Source: Marsupella aquatica
Taxonomy: Eukaryota; Plantae; Marchantiophyta
Length of the DNA: 64,000 nucleotides
Assembly: GCA_973895155.1 (NCBI GenBank)
Contig: OZ316892.1
Location: 14,500,861 to 14,564,860 of the forward strand
Reading direction: 5' to 3'
The notes below the pieces were generated by a model, which did not search any database, was not told the DNA's origin, and saw only the letters and a program-made list of their open reading frames with translations. Of the stretch, positions 1 through 12,300 are shown one piece after another; the stretch's first letter is position 1, and each line of letters starts with the position of its first letter. The position numbers and the translations under genes were made by a program.

Positions 1-1
1 T

Positions 2-2097
2 GTCAGTTCTGGCATTCCCTCTGCACCACATCTCAGGCCCTTCGGCAAGTCTGCGGAAGGTCTCACTCATTCAGCATCTGCTCCAACTTCACCACACAGG
101 ATTAAGCACGGGATCCGTTCTTCATCATCTCATCCTGTGACTGGTCGCCGATTATCTCCTCTAGTAAACTCCGACCAATCTCACAGCTGTGTCTCTGAAC
201 TGAGAACTCGAACTTTACGGAATGCAGCCTCCGGAGCTGTTCAAAATTTGAGAATTGAATCAAGGGACTGGGAACCTGGTCCGTGGCTCAATCCTATGGG
301 ATCGGAGGAAGTCGACGCTCTACCACAAGTGATGGGGAAACCTACTGGACGTTCTTCAACAGGTTACAAACATAATTCTAAATTTGGGGACTTACCCGGA
401 GATGAAAGTCCCAGCAAACTGGCCAATTCATCAGTAAGTAGCACCAAGTCCCCCACAGAGCAATCTCTGTCAGGTTCGCTTCCATGTGTAGTTAAGGATA
501 GCACGGGAGTGAATGAAAATGCATTCTGCAGAGAAAAAGAAGGCACTACTCACATTGTCAGTGGTCAACTGACTGTCTCCGCCAGCATTGAGCCTGTGGT
601 TGACAGTGTGTGTCACAAACTGCCAACGGCTCCGCTAGACGGGACATTGTGCCCGGGGTTTGATATAGCCAGCAGTGCGCGCGCCCCAGAATTTGAATCA
701 TGCCTTGTGACGGAAATATTCGATAAGCCTACTGGTGATCCTGTCAGAGAAAATGTTGTTGGGTCTGGGGAAGACAATGCAGGCATGGCGAACTCGGACT
801 CTGGAAGAAGTTTGGGTCCTCATTTAAGACTCGAGAATGGTCACGAGATAGAAGATGCAAACAAGGTTTATGAAGTGGAGAGTTCAGTACACCTTGGTAT
901 ATCTTGTTGTGCAAAGGGCAAACTTATCCTTGAGGATTCTCCGAAGCCCACTACTTCTGGCAATATAGAGCTGTCAGGGAACATTCGAAAAATCGAAGAC
1001 AGCAAAATGATGTCCAGCGGAAAGTTTGCCACTGAAGAACAGGCTCAGAAGTTGAGTATTTCCCCAGCAAAACATCCTGAGGAGTATACTGCTAGAAATA
1101 AATACAGTGCGTTTGATAGTCCTTCAACGTGGTCAGATTGGTCTGTTCTTGGTGCTTCGAACAAAGTATCGTCTCAATCATCACTGGGCCAGGAGCACAC
1201 TCCACCAAGTACTCCGAGTTTTAAAAAACTCTCATGCACAAGGACTCTGACTGCAGAGAATACCCCAAAGAATACTCCGGAGAGTTATGTTAGAAGCTCA
1301 TCTCCTCCTTCTGCATCAGATGCCCAAAGTAGCAAACATCCACTTGCTGTGAACGCAGGTTTAATGAATGGTATCAGCAAGCGGATGTCTCTGACTGCTT
1401 CTGGTAAGGAAAGAAACTTGCAAATTGATTCTGAACAGTCTGCCTCCGAGTCGACGTCTGGTCAGGAAAATAAGAGATGTCTAGATGGCCAGTTTGGGGG
1501 CACACAGCTTCATAAGCCCAAACAAAGAAAATCGAATTCCAGTCATAGATTGGACCAATCAGAAGCATACGAAGACCTATTTTCTGAGGAGAGATTGCGC
1601 GCTTTGGAGGCTGCAGGACAGGTGAGTTGTTCATATGCGAGCTGACCGCTCTGTGAACGACAATTTTTTTTTTTATTGTGGATTAGTCCTAATTTTCGAT
1701 GGCATTGATTTTAGCTAATTCTACAGTATCGTTGGTGTATTTAGAAAACTCTCTCATGGCCTCAATTGATTTCTTTATTGGATCCTCCGTTCAGGAAAGC
1801 CTTCAAAAGAAGTCCGGAGCAGTGCAGCATTCTCCACCGAACAAGACCAGCCCTAATAGAAATCCCTGGTCTCCGGTATGTTGCATATGTATAGTCACGT
1901 CGCACTGAAGTTTTTGAAGTCCATCAGGACTGTCTTTTCATTGGATATTCACTGAATCTGTTCCAACTCCTCCATGTTACGTGACAAAGGCAAGCAGTAA
2001 GCCCGTGCTTCATGATCTGCAGGTAAAGAAGGGTGGCCAGCAGCTCGGCCCATTTGACTGCACAAAGAAGTATACGAACGCATGCACGGGGCAGTAA
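2..2097 (+). CDS. 3' part of an uncharacterised Ser-rich, probably disordered plant protein with a conserved-looking C-terminal motif (5' end outside window)
   Basis: Frame is open from position 2 to a GT donor at 1622; exons <2-1621, 1795-1875, 2023-2097 splice in phase 0 (GT-AG) to give ...LFSEERLRALEAAGQ|ESLQKKSGAVQHSPPNKTSPNRNPWSP|VKKGGQQLGPFDCTKKYTNACTGQ*. This resembles a C-terminal motif I recall from uncharacterised angiosperm proteins (At5g60150-like; recollection, not verified). Confidence 0.8.
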
Positions 2098-2840
2098 CGA
2101 TGCAAGTCTACCCCTAAACGAAGTACTTGCCGTCTTAGTATTGCCGTCCCTGTGTCAAACTCTTAAATTCGATCGAGGCTGCAGTCAACTTCGCTCCTGT
2201 CTTTTACAACCATTTATTGCATTAGTATATAATGTTTTGAAACTGTGTTCAGTACTGTTCGTAATGCAATTTAGGAAGTTCGAGTCGTAGAGCTGATCAC
2301 CTTCCGAATAGTGGCAGTAGCTTTGTTTCTAATGTAGCACTTTCGTTTCTTCTACGGTGTTCATTGGAGGGCACATACATGCCGCATACACGACAAAGAC
2401 CACAAGGACTACACGTAGCTTCACCCACCTCGCGTATGTGTACATATTTGTATCTGGCACCTTGGCGACGTGGCCTTCCATAGTCAGTCTACTTCGCTGT
2501 GGTAAGTCTAATCGCTTGTCGAAAGACGAAGATTCCTGACTCTGAGCACACTACACGCCCAACTAGAACGATGGGTTCCTCAGAAAGCTGATTAAGTTCG
2601 GTCATGGCTTCGGACGGCACTTGGGAAGCAATCCAGGACTGAGTAAGCAGTAGTGAATAGTGACTACAAGCACTGGGTAAACAGTAGTGAATAATGACTA
2701 GGCATTTGATCCACGCACCGTGCGCGTTCTGCCAGGTGTGACATGAACCGCATCACCGGCTGGGCATTACCCCATTGCCAATCTTGTGGGTTGACGACGT
2801 ATTGATGTGAATTTTGAAGCGAAGACAATGACATCAAATG

Positions 2841-2946
2841 TCTTCTGTTTTGTAAATTCATATGCAAGTGGGAAAACATTTTATTCCACAATCTTCTCTT
2901 TTGTAAATTCATATGCAAGTGGGAAAACATTTCATTCCACAATCTT
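2841..2946. repeat. Tandem duplication, 2 x 51 bp
   Basis: ttttgtaaattcatatgcaagtgggaaaacattt..ttccacaatctt occurs in units starting at 2841 and 2892. Confidence 0.9.
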
Positions 2947-4379
2947 GGTATGTTGCTTGCAGTTCAATAATTTTTCTCAAGGTCTCCACAAGGTTCACAT
3001 GGTGTTTCATGGCCCACTTTGAAGCTGAGGCATGCCTAAATGATATTTCAATGCAATGGTGCACAAGGGAGGCATCCTGTGAAAGCAGACGGGCATTGCC
3101 CCGGGGTCAATGGGGAGTTGCTTGGATTAATGGAGTCTGGCCCTCAAGTATTCAAATGCACAAAAAAGAAAAGAAAAGTATTCAAATGCACCTTTTTGTG
3201 ACAAAAGTGTTTGTTGCAATGAGTGCAATTCACCCAGTACAAGCCCTTCTAGTCTTCAATTCATTCAGTCGATGAATATACCAAATTAATATAAATAATT
3301 AGTGGGTAACCTTTAACCAAAGCTTAGCTAAATCAACCCTTTTTTTTTCCTCCTCGTGGGCTCTACAAACCTCTTACCCATTTTTTTTTCTGGATTTCCT
3401 CCCGCAATCCCAACTCACTTTTTCCTTTGAATTTTATTTCATTTCCCCTTTGAATCCAAACTCATTTTTTCATTTTTTTGTTTTCTTTTTCTTTCCCTTC
3501 AATCTTTCATGAATTGTTCGATACGGATCATTAGAAAGTTTCGGGAAATGAAATTTTCTTCTAATTTCTCTTGTAAGTTACAGGTACGCAAACCTGGATG
3601 CACTAAAAAAAAATGTCAGCCCAAACAGACTTGAGACTACAAAATAGTGACTAAAACCCTCTTTTGATGCATCTTGGGGGGTCTTAGGATGCTGACATAC
3701 CCCAATAACATAGAAACAACATAGAAAATCTCAAAAAAATAATTTGCTATTTTTTCCAGTTTAAAGTGCATATCTTCAACTGGGTTATTTATCACGATCT
3801 GATTGCATTTGTGGATGTAAGAACTCAGACCGTATGCACCCTTTCTTGTCATTGTTGTGCTCTTTGTGATCGTTGTTCATCCTTTTATAGCTAATGATTG
3901 ATTGAATGCGTCAGGCGAATGAAATTTAACATTGGAGTTACACGTTGGTTTTTAAGTAAATGAGTTAACTATAAAGAAATTATATATTATAATCCAAAAA
4001 TAACTAAAATGGTTACAATTGTCTACGTTTTACCACTGGCTCCTTTGTTATTTAGGATTTAACTTTCTATATTTTGGACTAGAAACGGTTCACACATGTA
4101 TCTGTTTTTGCCAGAGTTGCCCCAAACATAATTTACGGAAAGTACAAACATGCACACTTGTCCTTAGGGCAGATATTGATGAAGTGAATGAATGATGTGC
4201 CAAGAATTTTGCAAGGAACTTGTGATGAGGGTACATTAACAGAATTTTAAAATAAAGGGGGTATCTCTGAATTTCTTATGTGTAAAGAGAACAAGAGGGA
4301 GCCCTCATAGAGAAAATCAAAACTTATAGAACCGCTAAAAAGTAATTAGAGTTGTGTGAGGTCAAGTGATTTCTCCATT

Positions 4380-4406
4380 ATAGCATGTTCATCATGGAAC
4401 ATGCTT
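4380..4406. repeat. Hairpin-headed dispersed repeat (other copies near 5717-5855, 34111-34230, partial near 6254)
   Basis: AGCATGTTC-atcatg-GAACATGCT palindrome followed by a T-rich tract; the 5.7 kb and 34.1 kb copies share about 120 bp more (taggtacatgtaaa.tatatgccaa...ttaattaag). Confidence 0.8.
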
Positions 4407-4895
4407 AGGTTTTTGTTTGTAATGATCCACTAATAACTTTTGCAGTAGCTTATACACTAGTTGTCTAAGGAAAAAGGCCATGAAAAATATAGAAATAGTT
4501 AATGTGACCTGAAAAAAGTACGTCCTAGAGTGAGTGGAGTAAAGAGAACGCGCTCACCACACTTGAATTTAAGAAATGTGTACTATCATTATGGAACCTA
4601 GTATTTGTGTAGTATACACTGTATAAGGTACTAACATAGAATGTGTGTATGTCAATATCAAGACTTTTGAGTAACGTTTGTCAATTTTCCATAATATAGT
4701 GGTTAAGACATTTGAGTCTGACTGAATCATTTGCTCACGTGTTGTGTGTGAGGGGTATTGTGTGTGTTGATAGGAGAGCCATTGTAGAATAGGCGGCCCT
4801 TTAAACTGGGAGTGAAAGCTGCCTTTACTAAAAAAATTAGAGGGGCATTACATAATTTCAAACTCACAGAACATAGAAAAGGATGAGCCCCAAAA

Positions 4896-5240
4896 TGTTA
4901 GGATTTAATCTTAGGTCTAGAGTTATGATTGTACCGTAGTTAAGCCTAACTTTAGTCACAGACTTGGTTAGGTTAATCATGTTGTGCACACTCTATAACC
5001 AAACGATGTTTGCTTGGAGAGTGGGAACTCAGGCTCATTGTTACGGAGCTAGTTGAGAGATAGAGAAAGCTTGCGCTGTGGATGCTTAGTATGGCCGGTC
5101 GGCCTAAAGTGCAGTAAAGCTCATGTGTGTTCCTGTGGACGTAGCCTCATGTGGAAGTGAACCACGTATCTCTTTGTGTCAACTCTTGTGCGTTGGATGG
5201 TTGATGGGCTTGCCGTTGTGATTGTTGTCTATGCTCAACA
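4896..5240 (+). mobile_element. Solo LTR, Ty1/copia-like, copy 1
   Basis: 345 bp, TGTT...AACA termini, perfect 5-bp TSD CAAAA, contains gtggacgtagcc...gtgaaccacgta motif typical of copia LTRs; homologous to three other copies in the window. Confidence 0.93.
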
Positions 5241-7052
5241 CAAAAGACACATTGCAACTTTGATAGTGTCAAGAAAATTAGCACTTGAGCAGGTCAGGCG
5301 ATGAGTGCCATAAAACAGTGTCAATAATGTAATTATTATTAGAGAAAACTTTTCACAATTCCCTATCCAATGCTGGACTGTACATTCTGTCCATAAAAGC
5401 ACCAAAACTTAGGAAGAGAAATGCAAGAAATTATAGTTTTCTCCACCCTGAGTTCAGGCCAAAATTAAGGCTGAGAAATGTTTAAAGGTCTAGGACTCAC
5501 AGGTTACAAAGTAGGGGGGCTCAAGATGTGAGGAGTCCAATGTGTGAGACCTGACAACACATGAGAAAACTAGTCAGCAATTTCCCATGCACTTATGGAT
5601 AGCCATGCACATTTGAAGAAGTGTATCAAGCATATCTGGTGCACTTGTAGCATAGTGCAGACCGTAAATAAGTGCAGGTTTTAGCTTTCAGGGTGTCTAC
5701 CTTCCCGGGAGCTTCCATATAGCATGTTCATCATGGAACATGCCTTGTTTTTTTTGTCTTGTAGTGATGTATAATTCATTTGATTTATTTTATGATAAAA
5801 TAAATAGGTACATGTAAAATATATGCCAAAAACTCACTTAATTAAGAGTGAGTGACATAGTACACATGCAAAGAAAAGTACATTATGACCAAACAAACAC
5901 AAAGGTACTAAAGAGTTGTGTACATATAGTACAAATTTTCACTTCCTTCTAGGTAATGACAATTAACTCAATTCAAATCATAAATTTTGTACAAAAAACC
6001 AAGTCAGAGACTAACTTGGTACACCTCATGTGCACATTGTTCAAACTCTTTCTCTCATGAAAAAAATCATAATTCACTGAGTGTTTGAAAAGGAAAGATT
6101 AAACATTTATGAGGGGAGCAAACTATATTAAAAGGGGTTCAAAAATTAATTCACAAGCAAATTAATACAATGATTCACCTAGTTAAGGCACATTAAAATC
6201 AAAATATTAAACACAAAATCTGAATAAGACAAGATAGGAAAGTTGGACTCACCATATAACATGTTCATAAGTGCAGGTTTTAGCTTCCCGGGTGTCTACT
6301 GTAGCTTCAGGGGAGCTTGCACTTCGACATGTAAACTGTATTTGACGTATTAGAAGCCTACCTTGCCTTACATTGTCCATGCCACCTCATCATAAGTATT
6401 GGCGTGTAGAGTTTACTCAATTATTACTAATATCCCAATAATTCGACATCAAAATGTGACAATATACCATGTCCTATGTCACTCAATACCATGATAAATA
6501 CAATTATTATCTTTAAATCATCCAGTGTTATTCATAGTAGATTGTATATTTTCACATTTTGTGTGCAATCACGGTGCCACTTATTGCTATCCTCATTACA
6601 ATACTGTACTTACCTGGTTTTATGTTTGGGTAGTGGTAATTGCACATCAAAAGAGAGCAATGGGATACACGAAAGGAACAACACCCAACACGTCAAAAAG
6701 CAGCCATCGGAACAACACCCTGCACATCTAAAAGCAGCAATGGGATAAGTAGAAGGAACAACACTAGGTGACACAAAAAGAACACTGGGATTGTTTATCA
6801 TGGTATACAAAATTGTTTAAACCTTTCTGAACTTGCCATAGACCACAGAACAAAAACTTACAAGGTCTGAAACAACTGGCTTGGTTAGTTGTCCAGGGGA
6901 TTCCCTTAGAACCTAGAGGTCCCAAACTCAATCCCCCCACCACATGCAAGGGTTGCAAAGGGTGCGTGTGTGTGTTGGGAGTTCTGGTTTCTCCTTATCA
7001 GCCCCTGGCTACTCTGCTTTGGAGCTCTGGTTCAACCCTCTATCCCTCCAGG

Positions 7053-7190
7053 TCTGGGTCCCTTTCCTATCTGTATGACCCCCTTGTGGGCCTCCTGATC
7101 TGGGTCCTTTTCTGATCCCTCGGTATGATCCCCTTGTGGGCCTCCTGATCTGGGTCCTTTTCTGATCCCTGGGTATGATCCCCTTGTGGG
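7053..7190. repeat. Tandem repeat, about 2.5 x 50 bp
   Basis: tctgggtccttttctgatccct.ggtatgatccccttgtgggcctcctga repeated head to tail. Confidence 0.85.
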
Positions 7191-7260
7191 CTACCCTTCA
7201 GATGCTCCAGAGTTGGATGGGTGAGCTCTCTGTTTCACAACTTACAAGGTAGGGGCTACC

Positions 7261-7651
7261 TTTTGATGTTGCAATTACTGCCAGGCGGTTTTCTGATGAG
7301 TTTAGCTTCCCCAAGGGCATTTGTCTCACCTTTGTGTTATTCTCGTGGATATTAGTGTCCGCTCATCAGTCTTCAGTACCTGCTGCTTTTTGATGTTACC
7401 CTCAGGCGGTTTTCTGATGAGTTCAGATTTCCCAGGAGCTTTCGTCTCACGCTTGTGTGCCATTCTCGTGTTATAATAACTTGGCATCGTTTTCACTCAT
7501 CAGTCCTCAGTACCTGCTGCCTTCTTTTGATGTTATCGCCAGCCGGTTTTCTGATGAGTTTGATCCTTCCCAAGAGCTTTCTTCTCACCTCTTTGTGTCA
7601 TTCTCGTGGATAATACTTGCCATCGTTTCCACTCATCAGTCTGCAGTACCT
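7261..7651. repeat. Degenerate tandem repeat, 3 x about 130 bp, each with internal CTGATGAG...CTCATCAG inverted octamer
   Basis: Units start ttttgatgtt at 7261, 7388, 7525; CTGATGAG at 7293/7414/7551 and CTCATCAG at 7362/7496/7632. Confidence 0.88.
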
Positions 7652-8046
7652 CCAAGGATCAGTGCAAAAACATCATACTCTACGTTTCAGCAAAGTTTGC
7701 GTGCAAGGAAAAAACACAGATTATGTACTTTTTTAGTAATGATGCGACCTTTCCGAAACATCCGGCGTAGGCAGATTTCTCGATAACGTACGGCAGGTGC
7801 ACTCTGGAGTCTGGAACCTCTGGGGACAAATTTCACACGAAAATGAAAATGAACCTAAGGAAAACTGAAGGGAGTCGCAAAGTTGAAGACGTGGCTGACT
7901 GAGGACTGTAGGATCAGACGGCTTGAGGACGGCCGTTTTCAATAGTCCACTTGCAATTCGTGTAGGAACAACTTCTTGTCCGCGTCAGATTGGATGAATG
8001 AGGTTCTAGATTGCACACCAGACATCAATTTGCAAGGAACTTAAAT

Positions 8047-8262
8047 CACACCTCTAACTATAAAAGCCTCATTCCATATCTACTCATTATAAAAGGTGGA
8101 ACACTAGCAGTGGAAGTTAAGGTGGAACACTAGCAGTGGAATACTTGTCAAAAAAAAGTTTTACAATAAGCATCTTTTGTGAAACTCAAAACCCATTTCT
8201 GAACTTGTACCCCTTAGAATGAGAGCTACTATTACCCCTAACCCTTTATAGGGGCAGGTGTG
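8047..8262. repeat. Dispersed repeat with an inverted, diverged copy at about 20516-20720
   Basis: aaactcaaaacccatttctgaacttgta...agaatgagagctac...ccctttataggggcaggtgtg matches the reverse complement of cacacctgcccctataaaggg...gtagctctcattcta...tacaagttcagaaatgggctttgagtt. Confidence 0.85.
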
Positions 8263-8379
8263 GTGGCCCATTATTTGAGGGAGCAAACTCCGCACCAGAC
8301 GAGCTACCCATTACCCATAACCCTTTATAGGGGCAGGTGTGGTGGCCCATTATTTGAGGGAGCAAACTCCGCACGAGAC
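8222..8379. repeat. Tandem duplication, 2 x about 79 bp
   Basis: gagctac..ttaccc.taaccctttataggggcaggtgtggtggcccattatttgagggagcaaactccgcac.agac twice in succession. Confidence 0.9.
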
Positions 8380-9331
8380 AAGGAAAGAAAAGCGGAAATC
8401 TTCGAATGAACTGATATAGTTCAAGAAAAAAAATTAAAAACTGTAAGGGGGATTTCGTCCTTTAAAAGAGAATAATGAATGTATGTTTCGAGATTCCAGC
8501 GCGTGGCCTCTGATTGAAAACCCTCCCAAGTGCAGTCACAGCAGTAAGTCACAGCCGACTCGAAGTTTCTTGCCTTCATAGTCAGAAGGATTCCATTTTG
8601 CTGAGAGAATAACCGCTTTCACGAGTGTTGTTGTGTGTCACAGTACCAACAAAGTTTCTCGCCTTTACTTTAGGAGGATCCCATTTTTGGTGAGTGCTGT
8701 GCCTAGGAGGGTGTTCCTCTCAGCTTACAGTTGGGAGCCACTTCGAAATGCTTATCCGCATTTTGCTCACGTTACGAGGTTGGATAGGTCTGATCCACCT
8801 GCGCATGGCCGACTCACAAGGCATTTGACAGATATTATTGGAAAGAAAGATTGGCCGTGCTGGACTGAAAAAGTCCACTGCACAAATGGAGTTCGCGGAG
8901 CCGCTCTGGTGGGTCCCTACCGAAAGCTATAACTGTCGCTTCGACCAGTTCTTTCCAGCGAACTTTCAGGAGCAAGTGGGTTCAAGGTACTCCCTGGAAC
9001 AAGGAAATCATCACAACCCACTTTGAGAGCTAAGGGATGGCTTTCTCTTAGTCTCGTCCCGAACGACGTTGACAACACTACCAGATATGTGAGATAAGCG
9101 GATTCGGATACCGTCTTCGATCCAAGCTTCGAAGCACGCGGTAGGCCATCATGTCAATAACATCCCCGGAGTCTATTCATTGATCTGTATAAGACTGGAT
9201 TTAGACTCGAGATAGAAGCCATTCCAATTATCACAGGTTAACCTTCGGATGGAAGTGTGATCTCGCCGTGATTTGACCACTCCTCGCGTCAGGACTGGGA
9301 AGCGACCATCGACTGATCTACAATTCTGAGG

Positions 9332-12300
9332 ATGACGACGACGCTGACGAAAGAATCATCGCAAGAAAGTTGGCGAGGGCATCCTCGCTTGAGGGGTGGG
9401 CTCCCTCCTCACCCTCATCAGTGGAGCACGAAGCAGATGCAGGCTCTTGATGCGATTTGCGAGACGTTTGTGCCTTCAATTAGTGTGCTCACAACCGAAG
9501 GCGTCGAGCCTCGTGCGGCTGCTGCTGGGGCGCAGGAGTCTCTCGCGAAAGGTAGCTTGGATGATGTGGACGCCTTCTACAAACTCTCTTCGTCTGACGT
9601 CGGACTTTCAGTATCGGTACCCACCATGCTTTTATCTCCAGAACAATTAAATGCTTCGCTTTCTTTACAGACAATTGTGGTAAATTTCTTGTGATTGAAG
9701 CGATCAACTTGCACCATTCATTCATCTGAAAAAGGATTGCTTTGCTTCGCCTCCGTAAAATTATCCTTTTTCGAAAGGCTTGGGTGACGGAAAATAATCA
9801 GCATACACTAGTCTTTAATCTCAAAAACAATTCAGTTGATTGAAGGTTTGGTCCTTGTTGCCACTGCCTGTTTGCCTACGGTCTGCGGGTAAAAATTTAC
9901 TTCGAGCATTTCCGAAGGCATTCTCCAGCTGTTTGTTTATGTCGACGCTGAGGCTGTTCTTTCGAGATTTTCATGTATCTTGTCACATCCTTTTAGTTTA
10001 GACGAGTGTCCTATTGGATGTGAAATTTGCTCCGGCCGTCTGGTCGGTAATTTGTCCTGTTCTGTTGTCAGTGGATTTTGGTTTCTGTTTCACGGGGACT
10101 CTTTCATCCAATCTTTAGCAACGAGATACAATTTCACTTTTGAGGGCTTGGGGATGAAATTTCAAAGCTCACATTGTCAATCGACACGCTTCTAGTCATC
10201 GAGCATACTCTAGACATGGCACGTCCAATCATTTCGTCCAGCAGGCAGCATTTAGTTGGTACCATGAAGGGAGAATGAATAAATGAAATTTAGAAGTCGA
10301 AGGGTAACCAAAATTGCGATGGGACAACATCAGCAGCTTCCAGGGAAAAAACATAATGGTCGTGACACAGAGACAGAGAGAGGTGAACAATTTCCCTGTC
10401 ATCAATTGTGCATCTCGGGTGACCTTTATTGCCAAGTCCTTAAACGGATGGATTCGTTTCTTTTTCGGTGTGAGGGAGGTGGCGTTGGACCCTTTTTGGC
10501 CAATTCCGTGGAGAAAGTTTTAGTGCATCAATTAATTTAGCCTGACTGCCTGAGGCGGGAATTCATCTGGATCACACGTCGTCTTCCGAACGGCGAAATT
10601 ACCTACCCTAAACCTGTTAGGCATAGGCGAGAATTCGCATGAAACTTTCGTGTCTGTCAGTTTGTTGTCAATATAATTCGTGTGAGATATGGTCTACGTT
10701 CCGGCGCACTTATCAGTAAATACAAAGGTCATTGGTGGTCGGTGGTGACCGGTCACTGACTCACTGTCCTCAGTTTGTCCTTGGTCCCCAGGCCCATCAA
10801 GGATCCGTAGAGGTTCGCTTGCACAAAATGATTATCGTGCTGCAAGTCTGGGTTTATTACTTAACGTCTCTGAGTCTCTCACACCAATCTAATGATCAGT
10901 TACCTCTACCTCGTACGATCCCGACTGTACTTATTAATTTATTTGTCAGGGTCTTAACTGCTCCGTAATGTGGATACGATAATCGTCGACGTATTCCATT
11001 AATCCATTGTTATTGAAATACTTCCTACATTCTGCAAAGAAATGTTGATACGTTGTGTATCGGAATGTGAATACTGTCGACTGGTTCGGGGTGGGTAAAG
11101 AATCATGCCGTGAACCTCATGCCGTCCTATGATTCCCGTGTGTCTAAACTTTAGTTCCTCGGGCCTCCCTGGCCGTCACAGCCATGCACTAGCCTCGACA
11201 CATTGCAGCCACCTTCCTCCACAAGCTACCGTACCTCAGAGATCATGCCAGGCGTGCCCCCATTGCCTTGCCAAGAAATTAAAGATGACTGACAGAAATT
11301 CTCTTCTACATCAGCAGTTTAATGAATCTACTAAAATAGACGAACTCTTCTAGATCTCACTGGTGGCCCTCTGAAGTAAGATCGAATCCATTCAAGTACT
11401 CAAACGTCTTTTTTGGTTGATATTTTCGGAGAGAAACGTCGAACTTAGTCAAATTATCTACTGTTGAATGAGATGGTTAGTATGATCTCACGACAGGGGA
11501 ACATCTCGATTTCTTTCCGTTGAGAGGGTGTACAAGAGACCTCGCTGCTTAGGTTGGCCTGGATGGAAGTTTGACGCGGGTTTAGGAATGGAGGGATTTC
11601 CGAAGAGAGTCCAAAGGACACTTTGGCTTTTATACGCAATTGAGGGGCATTTTGTTACAATGCGATACTTTCCCTGTTGGTAAGACAGAAGCCTGAGCGT
11701 AAACTGGGAGGACGAGGTATCCACAGTGGGTACCGAGCGTTCTCTCTCCTAATCACGATTTGCAGTTTTGTTTGCGTCAACTTATTAGCAGAGTCTGTGG
11801 GCAATGGAACGGAAAATGGATACGGTATGACCATGTGCCTTGTCTCTCGACTGACTTCATGATTCAAGCGGTCCTTGCCATCCTTGTGCCAAAACTACGG
11901 TCATGATCAGGTATAGTGTTCGTTGTCGGTGACTGGTTCCTACCTTGCATCAATCCGAAACCGTGGAGGGCTTCATGAGTTGATGGAGGACCAATGACTT
12001 CATCATTAAGAAGTGGGTGCTAAACGGCACTGTAAACTGGCAAAAATAAATGCACTGTAAACAGGAAGGTGATGTGAAAAGAGTTGGCAGTACGATGCTC
12101 CGAGATGGAAGCTGAATTTCATCTCGAAGTCATTCTGTTCACTTTACGAATTGATGCTGCCACATTTTGGATTCTAGAAACGCATGAACGCACAAAATTG
12201 GAACATGTAATAGACATGCTGTACTAATGAACACTGCATGCATTTGGCAATCCCTACTTGGGGCATTCAGAGGTGGGCCAATTTCTGAAGTCTGTCGTCC

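Noticed and set aside
4380-4420. Bacterial-type intrinsic terminator (hairpin + T tract)
   Set aside because: Plant nuclear context with no upstream prokaryote-like gene; better explained as a repeat terminus.
7261-7651. Hammerhead ribozyme or C/D snoRNA cluster suggested by CTGATGA
   Set aside because: No conserved stem II + GAAA + NUH arrangement and no conserved terminal CUGA box D across the three units on either strand.
7863-7876. actgaagggag resembling miR319
   Set aside because: Only 11 nt match and no complementary arm seen.
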